Positions 40,660 through 64,000 of a stretch of DNA of 64,000 bases are shown here, piece after piece. Numbering within the stretch: the stretch's first letter is position 1; each line of letters opens with the position of its first letter. This DNA comes from Bugula neritina. Taxonomy: Eukaryota; Animalia; Bryozoa. The notes below the pieces were generated by a model. That model was not told the DNA's origin. It saw only the letters and a program-made list of their open reading frames with translations, and ran no database searches. The stretch lies in assembly GCA_964035545.1 (NCBI GenBank), contig OZ037768.1, forward strand, positions 21,311,700 through 21,375,699. The letters run 5' to 3'. The position numbers and the translations under genes are program-made.

Positions 40660-43600
40660 TACCCCTGTTTATTTATAATAGGTTGCAGTTGGCTTTCAAG
40701 CTGTTAAGAGGTGTTTTGAACAAGCTCACACAATACTCAACATTACTGGACAGCTTTCTATTAGGACTCATTAACAGGAGGGGACAGTATAATTTCTATG
40801 AGCTGTCCCCAAATTGGGTAAGTGTTTAATACATGATTGCTTACTATTACTTGCCTACACCATGCCCCCCAAAACTAGAACTGATTCAACAGCATCAGAT
40901 ATTGATGCTACCATGAAAGAAATACTTCAACAACTGAAAAAGATTAATAATAGGATTGAGATAATAGAAGAAAAGGTGGACAGTATAGAGAGTAGTCTGA
41001 ACTATCATACAGAACAATGGAAGGAAGTGAAAGAGGATATGGATCAAATAAAGAATACCATTCCAGCACTGAAAGGAAAGATGGAGGAGCACGAAATTGA
41101 AAAGGCAAATAAGATGGCAGAAATACAGGGCGTACCCCATCACCAAGATGAGTCTAACAAAATTAGCTGAATTGAATGATGTACACCTCACTCCAGTCAA
41201 TATTGATATGGTTTACAGAAATAAATCCAAAAAGTCTATTATTGTCAAGTTTATTCAGACTCATATCTGTCAGGACTTCATAAGATCATTCAAGGCTAAG
41301 AAAAACAAGTCACTTACTAGTAAAGAACTTGGTTATAAAACTGCATCTAAGATATATATCAATGAATACCTCTTATACCCAACTAGACAACTGTTCCACA
41401 AAGTCAGAGAATATAAGAAAGAGAATAACTTTAAATTTGCTTGGACAATAAACCAAAAAGTCTTCTTGAGAGAAACGGAAGGTTCCAAAGCCATCCACAT
41501 TAAGTCCCTATCTGATCTCTAAGATGCTTAAGACGCCAGTATTTATATAATCGAAATTGTTTTTCATATTCTAACAAAATGGAACTTTGTAATACCAGCA
41601 AACATTTCACTATAGATGACCTAAACAATATTTCTTGTAATGATTTTCGAGTGCTTCACTGCAATATACGCAGCCTTAGAAAAAACTTCAATAACCTTTT
41701 GGAATTACTCTCAATTGTAAATTGTTCTTTTCATGTTATTGCCATAAGTGAAACTTTTCTCTACTCAAACGAATGCAATTACTTTCTGATTTCAAATTAC
41801 TCTTATATAGGCTCATGCCGTGACTCCAGAGCAGGTGGATGTGGGATATATGTGCACAGTGGCCTGGCTGTAATTGAAAAACTAGAGCCATTAATTGAGG
41901 GTTCAGAGGCAATCTCTTTGTTAGTGGCCGGCTTGGATGAAGTCCCATTACGTATTACTGCCATATATAGACAACCTTCGTCTGACACTGGTAGGTTCAC
42001 TGATGACCTGCACAATTTTTTACACTCTATTTCTCATGCTGATCACAATCACATTATCACTGGTGATATTAATATTGATATACTTAAGCAAGAATCTGAT
42101 AGCTACACTGACCTATTACATCAATACAGCTACACTCATTTAATAAAGCACCCAACTCGCACTACCCAAACCTCCAGCTCTTGTATAGATCACATAGCCA
42201 TAAATTTCTACAGTAGTAACATCATTAGTGGTACACTTGATAAAGATATCTCAGATCACTTTCCGGTATTTGCCTTTTTTGAGAATCTTGTGCAACCTAA
42301 ATCTCAAACCTTCAAAAGACGCAGTTATAGATCACTTTGTGATATACAGCTAAAACAAGAGTTTCAAAACTGTGACTGGAGCAATCTAGTATTTAAACAT
42401 AATGATTCAATAGTAGCATACAGAAATTTCTTGAACGAAACATCTCATATATTTAACAAATTAGCACCTTTTCAAGAAAGGACTTTCCATTTCAATAGAA
42501 AAAAGGTGAATAACTGGATCACGGATCGTTTAAAAAAAGAAATTCACAAAAAAGACAGGCTTTTTTCACAACACAAAGCTTTTCCATACAGCCCAAAACT
42601 TAAGCAAGCCTACATTAAGCAAAGAAACAAAGTATCAACCTTAATTAAACAAGCCAAGTATAACTACTATGATAAGCTGATTTCTAACCAAGCAGACTCC
42701 AGAAAGCTTTGGAATACAATTAACAATGCTTGTGGAAGAAAATCAACCTCTCCAAGCTTCCCAGTAAAGCTAAAAGCTGACTCAGAAATCATTACCCACC
42801 ATACAGAAATAGCAAACTATATAAACAATTATTTCACTAACATTGGAAAGAACTTAGCCGATAAAATACCAAGTGTTCCTGAGATCCCAGTCAATGCCAA
42901 AGATTGTCCTTCATTTTATTTTCAGCTGGTAGACAAAAACAGAGTTTTAACTGAACTAAAAAATTTGAATGAAAATAAATCAGAAGGCTTAGACTTGATC
43001 CCAGCGAGGCTAGTTAAACAAAGTGCAACTTACCTTTGTCAGCCTCTCACACATATTATAAACTTGATAATTAAATCAGGTGTCATTCCTAATGAACTGA
43101 AAGTAGCCAAGATTTTGCCATTTTACAAAAATAAAGGTGACAAACTTTTATGTAGTAATTATCGGCCTATCTCAATACTTCCAGTTTACTCTAAAATACT
43201 TGAAAAAATAATCTGCAAGCAATTAAATGAACATTTAAACCTACACAAAATTTTGTCGGTTTCTCAATTTGGCTTCTAACAGAAGAAGGGTGCACAAGAC
43301 GCACTGATTAAGTTTTCAGACCAATCCTTCAAAGCACTTAATGACTCATCAGTAATATTGGGTATTTTCATTGATTTCTCAAAAGCATTCGATACAATCA
43401 ACCACAATATTTTGCTACAGAAACTACGAGATTACAATTTTGATTCTCACTCCATAAGTTTAATCCAAAACTACTTGACCAATCGAACACAGCATGTTAT
43501 AATAGAGAACAGTATATCCAATTCCTTGCATATCACCTGTGGAGTTCCCCAGGGCTCTATCTTGGGCCCTGTGCTCTTTCTGCTGTACATAAATGATTTA

Positions 43601-44644
43601 GCTACCCATTGTCCTTTATTTGATACTATTCTGTTTGCAGACGACACAAATCTTTTTTGGAAGAGCAAAGATTTAAATGCTGATATTGGAAATATAAACT
43701 CCTCACTAAATAAAGTTAATAACTGGTGCATTGCAAACAAACTAACTCTAAACTTAACGAAAACAAACTATATCATTGTTAAAAACTACCAAAAGAATTT
43801 TGTACTTAACAGTCCCATCCATATTGACAATATACCTCTCTCGCCTAGCTCAGAAATAAAATTTTTAGGTGTAGTCATCGACATTAACTTAAACTGGTGT
43901 GCTCATATAAATTCTTTAAGGACTCAGCTCAACAAAGTAACTGGTATGATATACTTAGCTTCAAAGTTTTTACCATACAAAGCTTTGATTTTATTATATA
44001 ACAGTCTGATAAACAGCAAACTTACATATTGCTTAGAAGCCTGGGGAAATGCCCCTAAAACCCACCTGAACAAGTTGCTTTTAATTCAAAAACGCATTAT
44101 TCGCATTATTTTCCACAAATCACCTACTGAACACACGTCACCTCTATTTATCAAAGCAGAAATTCTTCCTATTGATCTCTTGTATATCTACCGTCTATGT
44201 CTTCTTGGTCATTCAGCTTATTATACTCCATCTCACACCAAACAACCACCAACTTACCTCACCAGACATTCTGAACTTTCCTTACCCTTACCTCTCTCTA
44301 CCTCCGCAGCAGGTCATCGTCAAGTGTCCTACCAGATGTCTAGCAATTGGAATAAACTACCTCCGACTTTAAGACATCATCAAAGCTTTGCCACATTTAA
44401 AATATTGTTGAAAAAGCACCTACTAAAATCTTTAACTTAATCTGAATAAATAGTTCCCACTATTTTTTCAACTGCCACTTGGGCCCCCGCTCCTTGAATA
44501 GCTATGCTACTGAGCACATGGGCCCCCATCTTGATATTATATATAAATTGAATTTAGCTCTTTTTGTGTTACTGTTGTATATTTGTATTTTTTTGTCCTT
44601 TTGTTTTTTTTTTTGATGGAAATAAAGAAAACAAACAAACAAAC
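40660..44644 (+). mobile_element. Near full-length CR1/L2-group (Crack/Daphne/Kiri-like) LINE, inactivated
   Basis: ORF1 40862-41522 is split by a frameshift near 41155. ORF2 41579-44440 (APE + RT: GDIN, IDH, SDHFP, YRPISILP, DFSKAFDT, GVPQGSILGP, FADD) has one in-frame TAA at 43277-43279. (AAAC)n tail ends at 44644. 5' boundary approximate. Confidence 0.93.
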
Positions 44645-45549
44645 TGCTGGAGTTTTGCTGATGTTTATTGAAACCAACTGGTAACCAACGTGAAACTACA
44701 ATAATACAATTTAATAATAGAGACATTGATGACAAGAAAAATGAAACATAAAATATTACAACACTGTTGCATAACCATGTTTAACATACCTCTATTACCC
44801 TTCCTGGGGAGAGTTAGAATTAAACATATAAAGTTGTGATAGTGAAAGTTTAAATATCTACATGTATCATGAACAAAATCAAAAATGACTAGTGAGAACT
44901 ACAACAGTCAGTGGAGAAAAGCATCAGACTGGCATGAAGGCATGAAACAACTCAGCTACTATAATTTCTGGCTACAAGCTATAAAAAGCTGACAGCTATT
45001 CTGGTAGCAAAAATCATTGCATTGTAATAGTGAAAACAAAGCTATTTGTGGTTTAAAAAAGCTGTGGCTAAGTGAGTAGCTAAGTGAGTATAAGGGTGAA
45101 TGGTGATGAATTGTCCTGTGCCACTGTATGTAGTAGTGTGTAATATAATAAGAAAAATGATCAAAACGCTACACTCCTACCTAAAATTTAGGAAAAAATT
45201 TTACCTGGTGCTTTTACTAAAACTACTAATTTACTCATTGGCCTGACGAGCTGACCGGCCTTCACTTTGGGGTATCCACGTACACCTAATAGCAGCGTGC
45301 TGAATTTTCATGATTAATTAATTCATTGACTTTTAGAAAGAAAAGCTTCACCCAAGATTCTTGTTTTAGTTTAAAAAAGTGAATGTTTGTTGGTAGCCAA
45401 TAGAATAATTTCTGTTTAAATACTTACAAATAGCATTTCAGCTATTAGAATTAAATGCTATTATTATAGTAAATTATTACTGTTTAAATAAAACTTGTAA
45501 CATGAAAGTGACATTGGACACAATTGTGTTTATATCTTATACTCAGTGC

Positions 45550-45625
<76 letters not shown>

Positions 45626-47656
45626 TGGCGACCCTTTGAAGTCCCGCTGCGTATAATATACTGGCAACAAAAATTGATAAGCCTGTTAAACATAAATTTA
45701 GTGTAACTTAAAAGATCAAACAATTCCAAGACAGTTTCCTCAAACAACCTATAATGTAACTCAGATAAATTCCCAATTTCAACAATATTCCTTCAAATGT
45801 AATTTATGTATGACTTCAAAGTAAATTTTTAAATTCAATGATAGCTTCTCCAAGTACAAATTGTACAATAATAAAACAAACAATAATAAAAATTAGTACA
45901 TCACAAGAAAAATAAATCAAGTTACTTACAATGGAACTTTTCAGTCTGAAATTAATTAGATTTAATTCAGTTAAATATGTTCTAAATTATTTCACACAAA
46001 ACTAAATACACTGTAACTCTTTTGATCATTAACGGCTTTTCTGATTGTTGATTGCTCCTCTTATCGTTGAATACTGTTGCTGCCTCTGTGCTGCCTTTTA
46101 TAGTCGGGTTGTTTTGGATTTCTGAGGTATGGGCGATGAGTCTAACCTGGTAAGTTGCTGGTTGGTCCGCAGGTTCAAGTCAAGCAATGTGCTACGTGAG
46201 GAATTGTTGGTGACACCATTCCGGTATTGACCATATCAGGATCTCTAAGACTCATAAGTTATACCAGCATTAATTCTACCATAACTCATAGCCTGGAATA
46301 TATGTTTTATAACAAGAAAATATAATAATATGTATTAGTTGTTCAGGTGTTGACTTTGTTGATATTAGATTTTATAAGTGAAGTAAAACACCAGGTTATA
46401 TCAAATCCGTATAATTCATCAAGTATATAATTAACGTTAAATGTCATCTATATGTTAGTATGACTGAATAATCATGTACGTCCCGGTTTTATTCATGTTT
46501 GTTTACCAATTAATGTTCATGTAAGACGAGGTTAAAATTACAAATCCCAACACGTGAACAAAACATGTATGTAAAATTATCCCTATACCGCAATTACTTG
46601 TATAATACCATATTACTATAAGCATATTATATTTGCATTATTCAAAGCGCTGTAAATCATACGTTTAATATATTAACGTTTAAAGCAGTTTCCATGTAGT
46701 ATCATAACGCTTAGCTCATTTGCATATTTCAATTTCAGCTGTACTCAAGTAACAAGTCCATTGCTTTCAGAATATTATGTATTTCACATTCTTTCTTGAA
46801 TTTTGTAGATATACAGTGTAGTCTACATATTGTGACGAAATAGATATTATAATATATTATAGTTACGTCAACCTGTCATAGCAGTCACCTCACTGAAAGT
46901 CTCAAGGAAGCAGGCAAGTCTCAGCACCAACGGAAACCATAATTCAGCAAGTTGGAATATCTTAAAGGTATAACTTGTGAAACACAGAAGTAAGAGTTAA
47001 GCATATAAAAAGGGAAGAAAGCCCTATAATACATCTATAATTATTTACTGTTTCAAGAATAGCATATTTTCCAAGAACTGATTTTCTGGGAACTAAATTA
47101 TAGTTTACCACCACTATATCAGATTACATTTACTTGGTAAATTATTTACCACTTATAGCCTACTCAAATTGTTGACTATACTATAATCACTACCAGCATA
47201 TTATTCTCTGTAAATGTATTACATTATTGTGCAGTATCTACTCTGCATAATACAAAACACTATGCATTTTTGATCTGACAGTATTATATATACCAACATA
47301 CAACATGTTATTTATTAGAGTTACTTGTTAAGTGAATCAATATAGTGTCAATTCATACAACTTGTAACATGAAAGTGACACTTGAACACAAGTGTTTATA
47401 TCTATTCAGTACATACAAAACTTTGTTATTTCTTATACTTTGATTTATCACCAAGAAGCTTCTTATTTAATTAAAAATTTTTTTAATTAAAGTTTGCGAC
47501 AAACCTGAACGTAAAAATCAATTTGAAAAGTTGTTTACATATATAACATAGTATGTTAAAATAATACATATCATAAAGTTTATAGAATAGTATTATATTC
47601 CACACTGTAGCTATTGGATGCTCGTGGATCAGTAACTACAGACTGAGAAGGACAGG

Positions 47657-57279
<9,623 letters not shown>

Positions 57280-60200
57280 AATAGCAAGCAAAAAAAGTGT
57301 TTTAGTGGTTTGCTATATTTATTGTGCTAATAATTCTTGTTATTGTACTTTCTCTGTGCGTGTAGTTTCAAAGTACCGTACTGCAGCTGACTGCATGAGA
57401 CAAGGCAATTGTCAAAGCCTTGAACTGTATCCTTCAGTTATTACTAACCTGTTAATCCCAAACATAAAGTATAAATTATGTGTACGAGTATCTTTACAAT
57501 CACAATATTGTTTTGTTTTGTATTATTGTAGAATATATACACACATTATATATATATATAAACTGAGTTCTAACTAAAATATGGAAATACTTATATTGAC
57601 TATTGTAGCTATTTCAATGATGGCAAGTTGGTTCATTGTTGATTATATGTAACAACATAAATTGAAATAACCAATGTTTTTCATGATTTCATTTCTTAAG
57701 TAACTTTATTAACATATTGTTATATGTAATTGTTGTTTTTTCAGAGTTGTAACTATGTAGCAATATATGTTTACCTGTTTGTAATGAATGTTTTGTAAAA
57801 CTTTAAGTGAGTTTAACTTGTTCAAGTGATAAACTTTTGAAAAATACATAGATCATGTAACCAAAGCTGCATGCATTATGGTAATTAAATTCAATTTTTT
57901 AGTATACTATATAAAAATACTGAAAATTCGAATACTTTAATAACTGCAGTTTCTGCTGTTTAAGCAGCATCTACCATAAAGTGTCTTTAAGTCAAGGCAT
58001 TTTTGAAACTGCTTGCAAATACAAATATTCATATTAATTGATGCAACTATCTACCTAAATGATTGTAATGGGCTTAATTGTGGTATCTCTAAATTCTGGA
58101 AAGCATTTTAGCTGTAAACAATTTATTGATTTTTTTTATATATGACACGCAATGTTTAGAAGTTGTGAGCATATAAAAAGTGAAACTAGAACTAAGATAA
58201 AAAGAATTACTAAATACTTTTTAGATTAGTGCACATTGCAAGTGCATAGTGTGCAGTGTCATTTAAAAATTGAAAGTTGCTTTCTAATATAAAGTTGAAA
58301 GTTATAGTCGCTATAAATGCTAGCAAATCAATAACTCATTTAAATACAATTATTTAAAAAAAATTATCTTATTACTAGATGAGTTGATTGACTATAAACA
58401 ACTGCTTGAAATGGTTAAAGTAGTAGAGATAGCTAATTTCATATAAATGTTATTGACTCTTAAAATTAATGAGATGTAAATACTGCAAACTATTAGAATA
58501 TTTTATTGTTGAGTTGTTGCTCGTCAAAATGCTTTTTTTACTTAGTAACATTGCTTGTTTTGGTTAGTATTGTTTAAGCAAGAAATACCATGAGCTGAGG
58601 GGATAACTCCAAAACATGATTAAATAAATCCTTGTTGGAATAATGATTTTATTATAGTTTATATAGCCTATAGCACAAATAATTAGTGGATAATTATTTG
58701 AAGTTGTCACAGTATGGTACCAATAGAGATTTCCATTGACTTCAAACATCATTTAAGGAAAAGACAACTTCCAAAATTAATTGCCTTTTATAAACACCTT
58801 ATTCTAATCCGTTTAGAGATAGTGTACAACAACTTTAGAGATGAGAATTATTGACAGCTGGATGCATTTGCAAATAATTTAAATAAGTCATCATGTGCAG
58901 CACCGTATTATGTTATACTTATTATGCAAGTTTCAACCATATTTTATAACAATATGCTGATAACTTGTTTATTGGGATGGTTGTGTGGAGATAATTCCCA
59001 ATAACTACCATACTACAGTTGGTTGATATAATACAGTATTATATGAGAATAATTAATAGATTATGTTAGGTAGATCTCTGACTCGTAGTCTTACAAATCT
59101 GTAAACTAATGGTATGTCTAATGTTACAATTAAGTGACATAATTAAATGGCTACCTTAAGAGCATAATATTTAGCAGTGTTAGCTATAAGTATATTCTAG
59201 TGCTTGGGTAAATCTTTACATTCTAGCTCTTCTACCTTTTGCTAGTGCATGCATGATGTTTAATTTTAGACTAAAATTTAATTACAAAGTTTGTGAAGTA
59301 AATCAATCAATAAGTAATTAAAGTTGTATAATCACTTAGGAAACTGTTACTGATAGCAGCATGTTGCATTTAGCACTTGATATATTCTAGATTCATCTTG
59401 TGGTTCGAACAGCTGCTACAGTTCTGTATAGTTGTGAGACCAAAGTTGTTAAGTTCAAGCAACAAAACATAAGTTTCTATCGGATGTTACTAAAAATCAA
59501 TTTCTATTTGCAAATGAAAGTATTTGTAAACTTGAGAACTGACTATAACATAACTGAAGGTGTATAGCTTGAATAAAAAGTTGCCATCCTACTTGGTGAT
59601 TTTCCTGAAAAACTTTTCTAACTCAAATACACAACAGATTTTTTTATTGTTTTTAAACCATTTGAAATAAAAACACAAAAACACCTAAACACTACATTTG
59701 TTACATGATAAAACACAAAGTGAACAATAAAAAAAACACAGCACTATTTATTTCTTTATAACTTTGCAGCATATATATGCAGTAATGCTAAGGGTCGGAA
59801 CACAACACAGCTGAGATAGCCTTATTACAACAGATTTAGCAGTGCTAGCATATAGGAATCATAGTACTGGCTTCAGCATTCTAAACCTGCATGAACTCAA
59901 TAGATGCAACACACCATTTGGGGTCACGGAGTGCAGTGTATAAAAGTTTCAAACCTTCCACGATAAGCTGAAGACTCCTCAACTGCTACTCTCAATAACC
60001 CCATACTTTGGGCTGTATCAAGCAGTTGCCTTATTTAATTCAGCTAGTCTATCTTTTGCAAATAAACACAACCAATTTCAATTCTAAGCTAAACCACCTT
60101 TAAAACTTCAACAATTTTTGATAAAAGTAACACAACTATTGAATAAACAAATGGGTAAAACCAGACAAGCGTATGGGCAAAATCATTGGCAATATCTGAC

Positions 60201-60343
60201 ATAATAAAAGAAAAGGTCAAGTTTCAAGGATAACTTGTTAGAAAGTAACTGCATGAAAACTCAAGACAATAGTCAAACAATAAAATGATACTCTTAGCAT
60301 AGGTAGCTGTAAGACAAGAATTCATTAAGAGACAATATGCTAA

Positions 60344-61977
60344 TCAAATCCCATGAACTTCTATTTCATATATATTCAGAAAGCTTGCAGCATCAAGGAG
60401 AATTTGGACAAAGCGACCTCTGATTGGTTGTTTACAAGTAGCCAGAGTGTAGTATTGGTTAAGAATACCATCATGGTAGTAGCACAAGACTTCAGGGTTT
60501 GTTCCAGTAAATTCTATCTCTTCTTCTGTCATAGCAACTGTGATCTCAGCATTTCTTAATCTTTCTCTCCAAGGTTCATAAGGTGCTTAATTGTAAAATT
60601 GAAAATATATATAGAATTAACAATATTTTTGCTAAAAAAGTTCTTCTATTTGTTGTTGCAGTTGTAGAAATTCTTGTAAGAGTTGTGATAAGCCAAGCTT
60701 AAGGGCACTTTCGGATTTCCTAAGCGTAGAGAATATGAAAGCATCCTAAATCTAAATCTCAGCTAGCATATTGGTCAACTTATTAACTTATAAACAAATA
60801 CAACTCTGAAATTAAAATTGAGACTTTAGACTAGAGATGTGAATAAACTCATTAAAACATGTGACACACCATTCCCTCTGTTGAGGATGTTGACAGCCCA
60901 GACACAGTGAATATCAACCAGATCCACCCTCCACCAGGGTCTGTGTTCATGCAAGCTGTGCACCATGGATGTCTCAACTCCGCGTTCAGTATAAATACCA
61001 TCAACAGCCTTTGATGCATAATACAGGTGTGACTTGTAGGTGCTAGAGAGCTTTGCAGGCTTACCTGCGAATTAAATAAGCCAAATCAAAGAACAAAATA
61101 TCAAACATCTATGAAGCAACTATAGGTTTAATATAGACCATATACAGTTTTTCCTTGAAGATATAAATTATAAAGTATATTCTATCAGCTGTTTAATATT
61201 ATATATTATTTATTATATATCCTGGATAATTGTATTTATCCAAACACATATCTGTTATTGAAAAATATAATTTACTCATAGATGCAACATATAAAATGGA
61301 CATGGACTAGTTAATAATTTGTTTTAAATTGAGTTACTCTTGTGAAGCATATGATTCCATTTGAGAACAAACCACAATGGGCTTGCTTTGTTACCTCTTG
61401 CAAGAAGTTTGTTTGGAATCTTGTTGGCTCTCAGTGAAATGAAGATGTAGTAGTCTTCATCTCTTCCATTCCACTCTGTGAATAGATGAGGATTCAAGCA
61501 TTGCTTCATAAAACATCTTTTATTCTGAATATCATAAACCATTCCCAGACATTTCTGGTCTTCCTTACATTCTAGCAGACAGATTCCAACAACTTCAGTG
61601 AATATTGATTCACTTGTCATCTGATCTGTGACTGACATGTTCTCTGGTACACTGTATCTTCTGAATCTGTCAGTGTTAGTGCGACACTGACTTTTTACAG
61701 GTATCACAAGGTGCAGTAAAACTAAAAACATTAACATGCAAAATAATAACAGAAATCTTTCTTTGTTATGTAATTGTTTCAGAATTTTCAAGAAACAATT
61801 AGACAAATTCAGTTCAAACCCAATATACAATCTAAAAAGAACCTACTTTTCTTTTTAGATAGACGATAAGTTTTAAAAAGTTTAAAACTAAAAATAGTTT
61901 AGCAATGTAAATTACACACACCACACACAAGGTAATAATATAGAGTAATACAAACCTGTTAAGTACCAAACATACAT
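60344..61977 (-). CDS. PAN/apple + F-type lectin protein, copy 3 (inverted duplicate of copy 1)
   Basis: Exons 61977-61956, 61721-61395, 61064-60870, 60585-60344; lengths identical to copy 1 (22/327/195/242). Confidence 0.88.
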
Positions 61978-63919
61978 ATCTTGTCTTTCTCAGTCTGGTT
62001 ACTGATCTGTAAGCATCCAGTAGTCAGTGTCAAATACACTGATAATATAATATTCCATAAAATCTATAATATGATGTAGTTTTAATTACATATTCAGATA
62101 AAAATAGTTTTCCATTTCATTACTTTTCTCTTTTTATGTATGATATCAAAGTATATGCTCTGCATGCATATATACCTTTTTTAAATTTCACTTAGGTTGA
62201 TTACAAGAAAAAGAAAAGAAAACCTAATCAAAATGCTGTTATAACATTTTAATGGTTATAAAACATGAAATATAGGAACAGAATATAGTTAAAGCTTGCA
62301 TTTGCTTTATATATTTTCATGTCTAGAGCATAATATTATATAAAAAGATGGTTCAATATTTAAAATCATTAGATAAGGAATAACATAAAAATTCAACGCC
62401 CTAACAAAGCTTAAGAGAATACTGTACATTAAATAACATAATATTAGATGGGAATAAGAATGATGCTGTATATAATATATGCACTGAGTATAAAATATAA
62501 ACACAATTGTGTTCAATGTCACTTTCATGTTACAAGTTTTATGTAGACAGTAATAATTTACTATAATAATAGCATTTAATTCTAATAGCTGAAATGCTAT
62601 TTGTAAGTATTTAAACAAAAATTATTCTATTGGCAACCAACAAAAATTCACTTTTTTAAACTAAAACAAGAGTTTTAGATGGAGCTTTTCTTTATAAAAA
62701 TCAATGAATTAATTATTCATGAAAGGTCAGCACTAGCTAGGATAAATTTCATAGTGTTTTGTGTTTCCAGTAGAAACTGTGTTCTACACACTGTAAATCT
62801 CTTTAAAATGAAATGGTTGATAGAAAACTTTCAATTACTGCATAAATCAGTCAATTACAATTTTCTGAGGGTGAAACAGCTGAAAACTAACTAAACTAAT
62901 AATTTATGATGAGCATGTTATGCTCTTAGTACATTGCTATATGCATCAATACCTTTCCTTTTAATTACTTTTCTGCTTTTATGTATGATTTTAACATAAT
63001 ATGTTATATATGTAAACAACTTTTCAAACTTTAATTAAGAAAAATCATAATTAAATATAAAGTATATTATATAAAATAACAATGTTTTATATGTACTGAA
63101 TAGATATAAACACTTGTGTTCAAGTGTCACTTTCATGTTATAAGTTGTATGAATTGACACTATATTGATTCACTTAACATGTAACTCTAATAAATAACAT
63201 GTTGTATGTTGGTATATATTATATGCCTATACAGATAATATCCTCTTGGCTATATGACAACTATTAATTTTAATCAACTAAAATAAGATGTATATAAATG
63301 GAGATTTTTTTCTTAAAGGCTACTATGTTGAATTATAGTTATAAACTGATGTTATATCGAGCAAGTGCATAATTATATTTTAGAGTGAAATACTTGGGTA
63401 ATATTTTAATTTCACAGTTATTTACAATAATATTGTACTGCAAATTCTTTGTGGTTGAGCGTTGGTATAAATTAGCTGTTCTGAATACAGATGTCTCGAG
63501 TATAGCTATATATCGTATGGGCTATATTTATTTTTTGTTAAATACAGTTTCAACCACGCATTAGCACTACCTATGTATTGTAACTAAATAGTAATTGAGC
63601 TAATATATATCGTGTATCACCACAGTTTACTTCAAATTCTTAATCCTAACAACTTTAATTTTTTTAGAATTTTTTTGTAAAGTCTGATATTATTACAAAA
63701 AAAATTATTACAGAAAAAAAGCCGAATCTTTAATTAGATCAATGGCCTATGAGCTCAAGCTTTCTAACTCCTGTTGCACTAAAATTAACCTATAAGATAA
63801 CTTGTCACATATAGTTACAGATCTTACTCCAAGATTATCTGTTAGGAAATCTTATATATATAAGATCAACACAATTTAGGGTATCCTTTATAAAGATACC
63901 ATGTGAACATTAGTGTGTA

Positions 63920-64000
63920 CTCTAGCAGTTGAAGGGTTAATTTGGTATGCACCAAGTTTTGGGTTCGAAACTATTGGTGATGTCAGGAAAAACATCTGCT
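63920..64000 (+). mobile_element. Degenerate SINE fragment related to 39125-39245
   Basis: GGGTTCGAAAC B-box followed by ATTGGTGATGTCAGGAA. Confidence 0.45.

Noticed and set aside
43277-43279. In-frame TAA in LINE ORF2 as programmed readthrough
   Set aside because: It sits in the conserved QFGF-R/Q motif and ORF1 is also frameshifted, so ordinary decay is the simpler explanation
45243-45310. CTGACGA motif as a possible hammerhead
   Set aside because: No GAAA follows a closing stem II, and stems I and III cannot be formed

Overview
AT-rich, intron-rich animal genomic DNA. It looks like an invertebrate, possibly a lophotrochozoan such as a bryozoan, but this is only an inference. The left half (1-33.4 kb) holds four spliced genes: the 3' part of a KIAA2012/DUF4670-like gene (+); an unannotated 12-cysteine protein gene (-) that the ORF track almost entirely misses; pyruvate dehydrogenase phosphatase (PDP1-like, -); and MMADHC/cblD (-). 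Two adjacent long palindromes lie in the inferred first PDP intron. The right half (35-64 kb) is a cluster of three secreted PAN/apple + F-type-lectin genes. Two of them form a ~4 kb inverted duplication. All three have an altered fucose-binding motif, and their differences concentrate in the binding loops. The cluster also contains two CR1/L2-group LINEs (one with intact ORFs) sharing a covarying 3' stem-loop, three Penelope-like fragments, long microsatellites, and six hammerhead-ribozyme motifs from four families, including a retrozyme-like tandem pair. Exon models were derived by hand from GT-AG sites and reading-frame continuity. No database searches were run.
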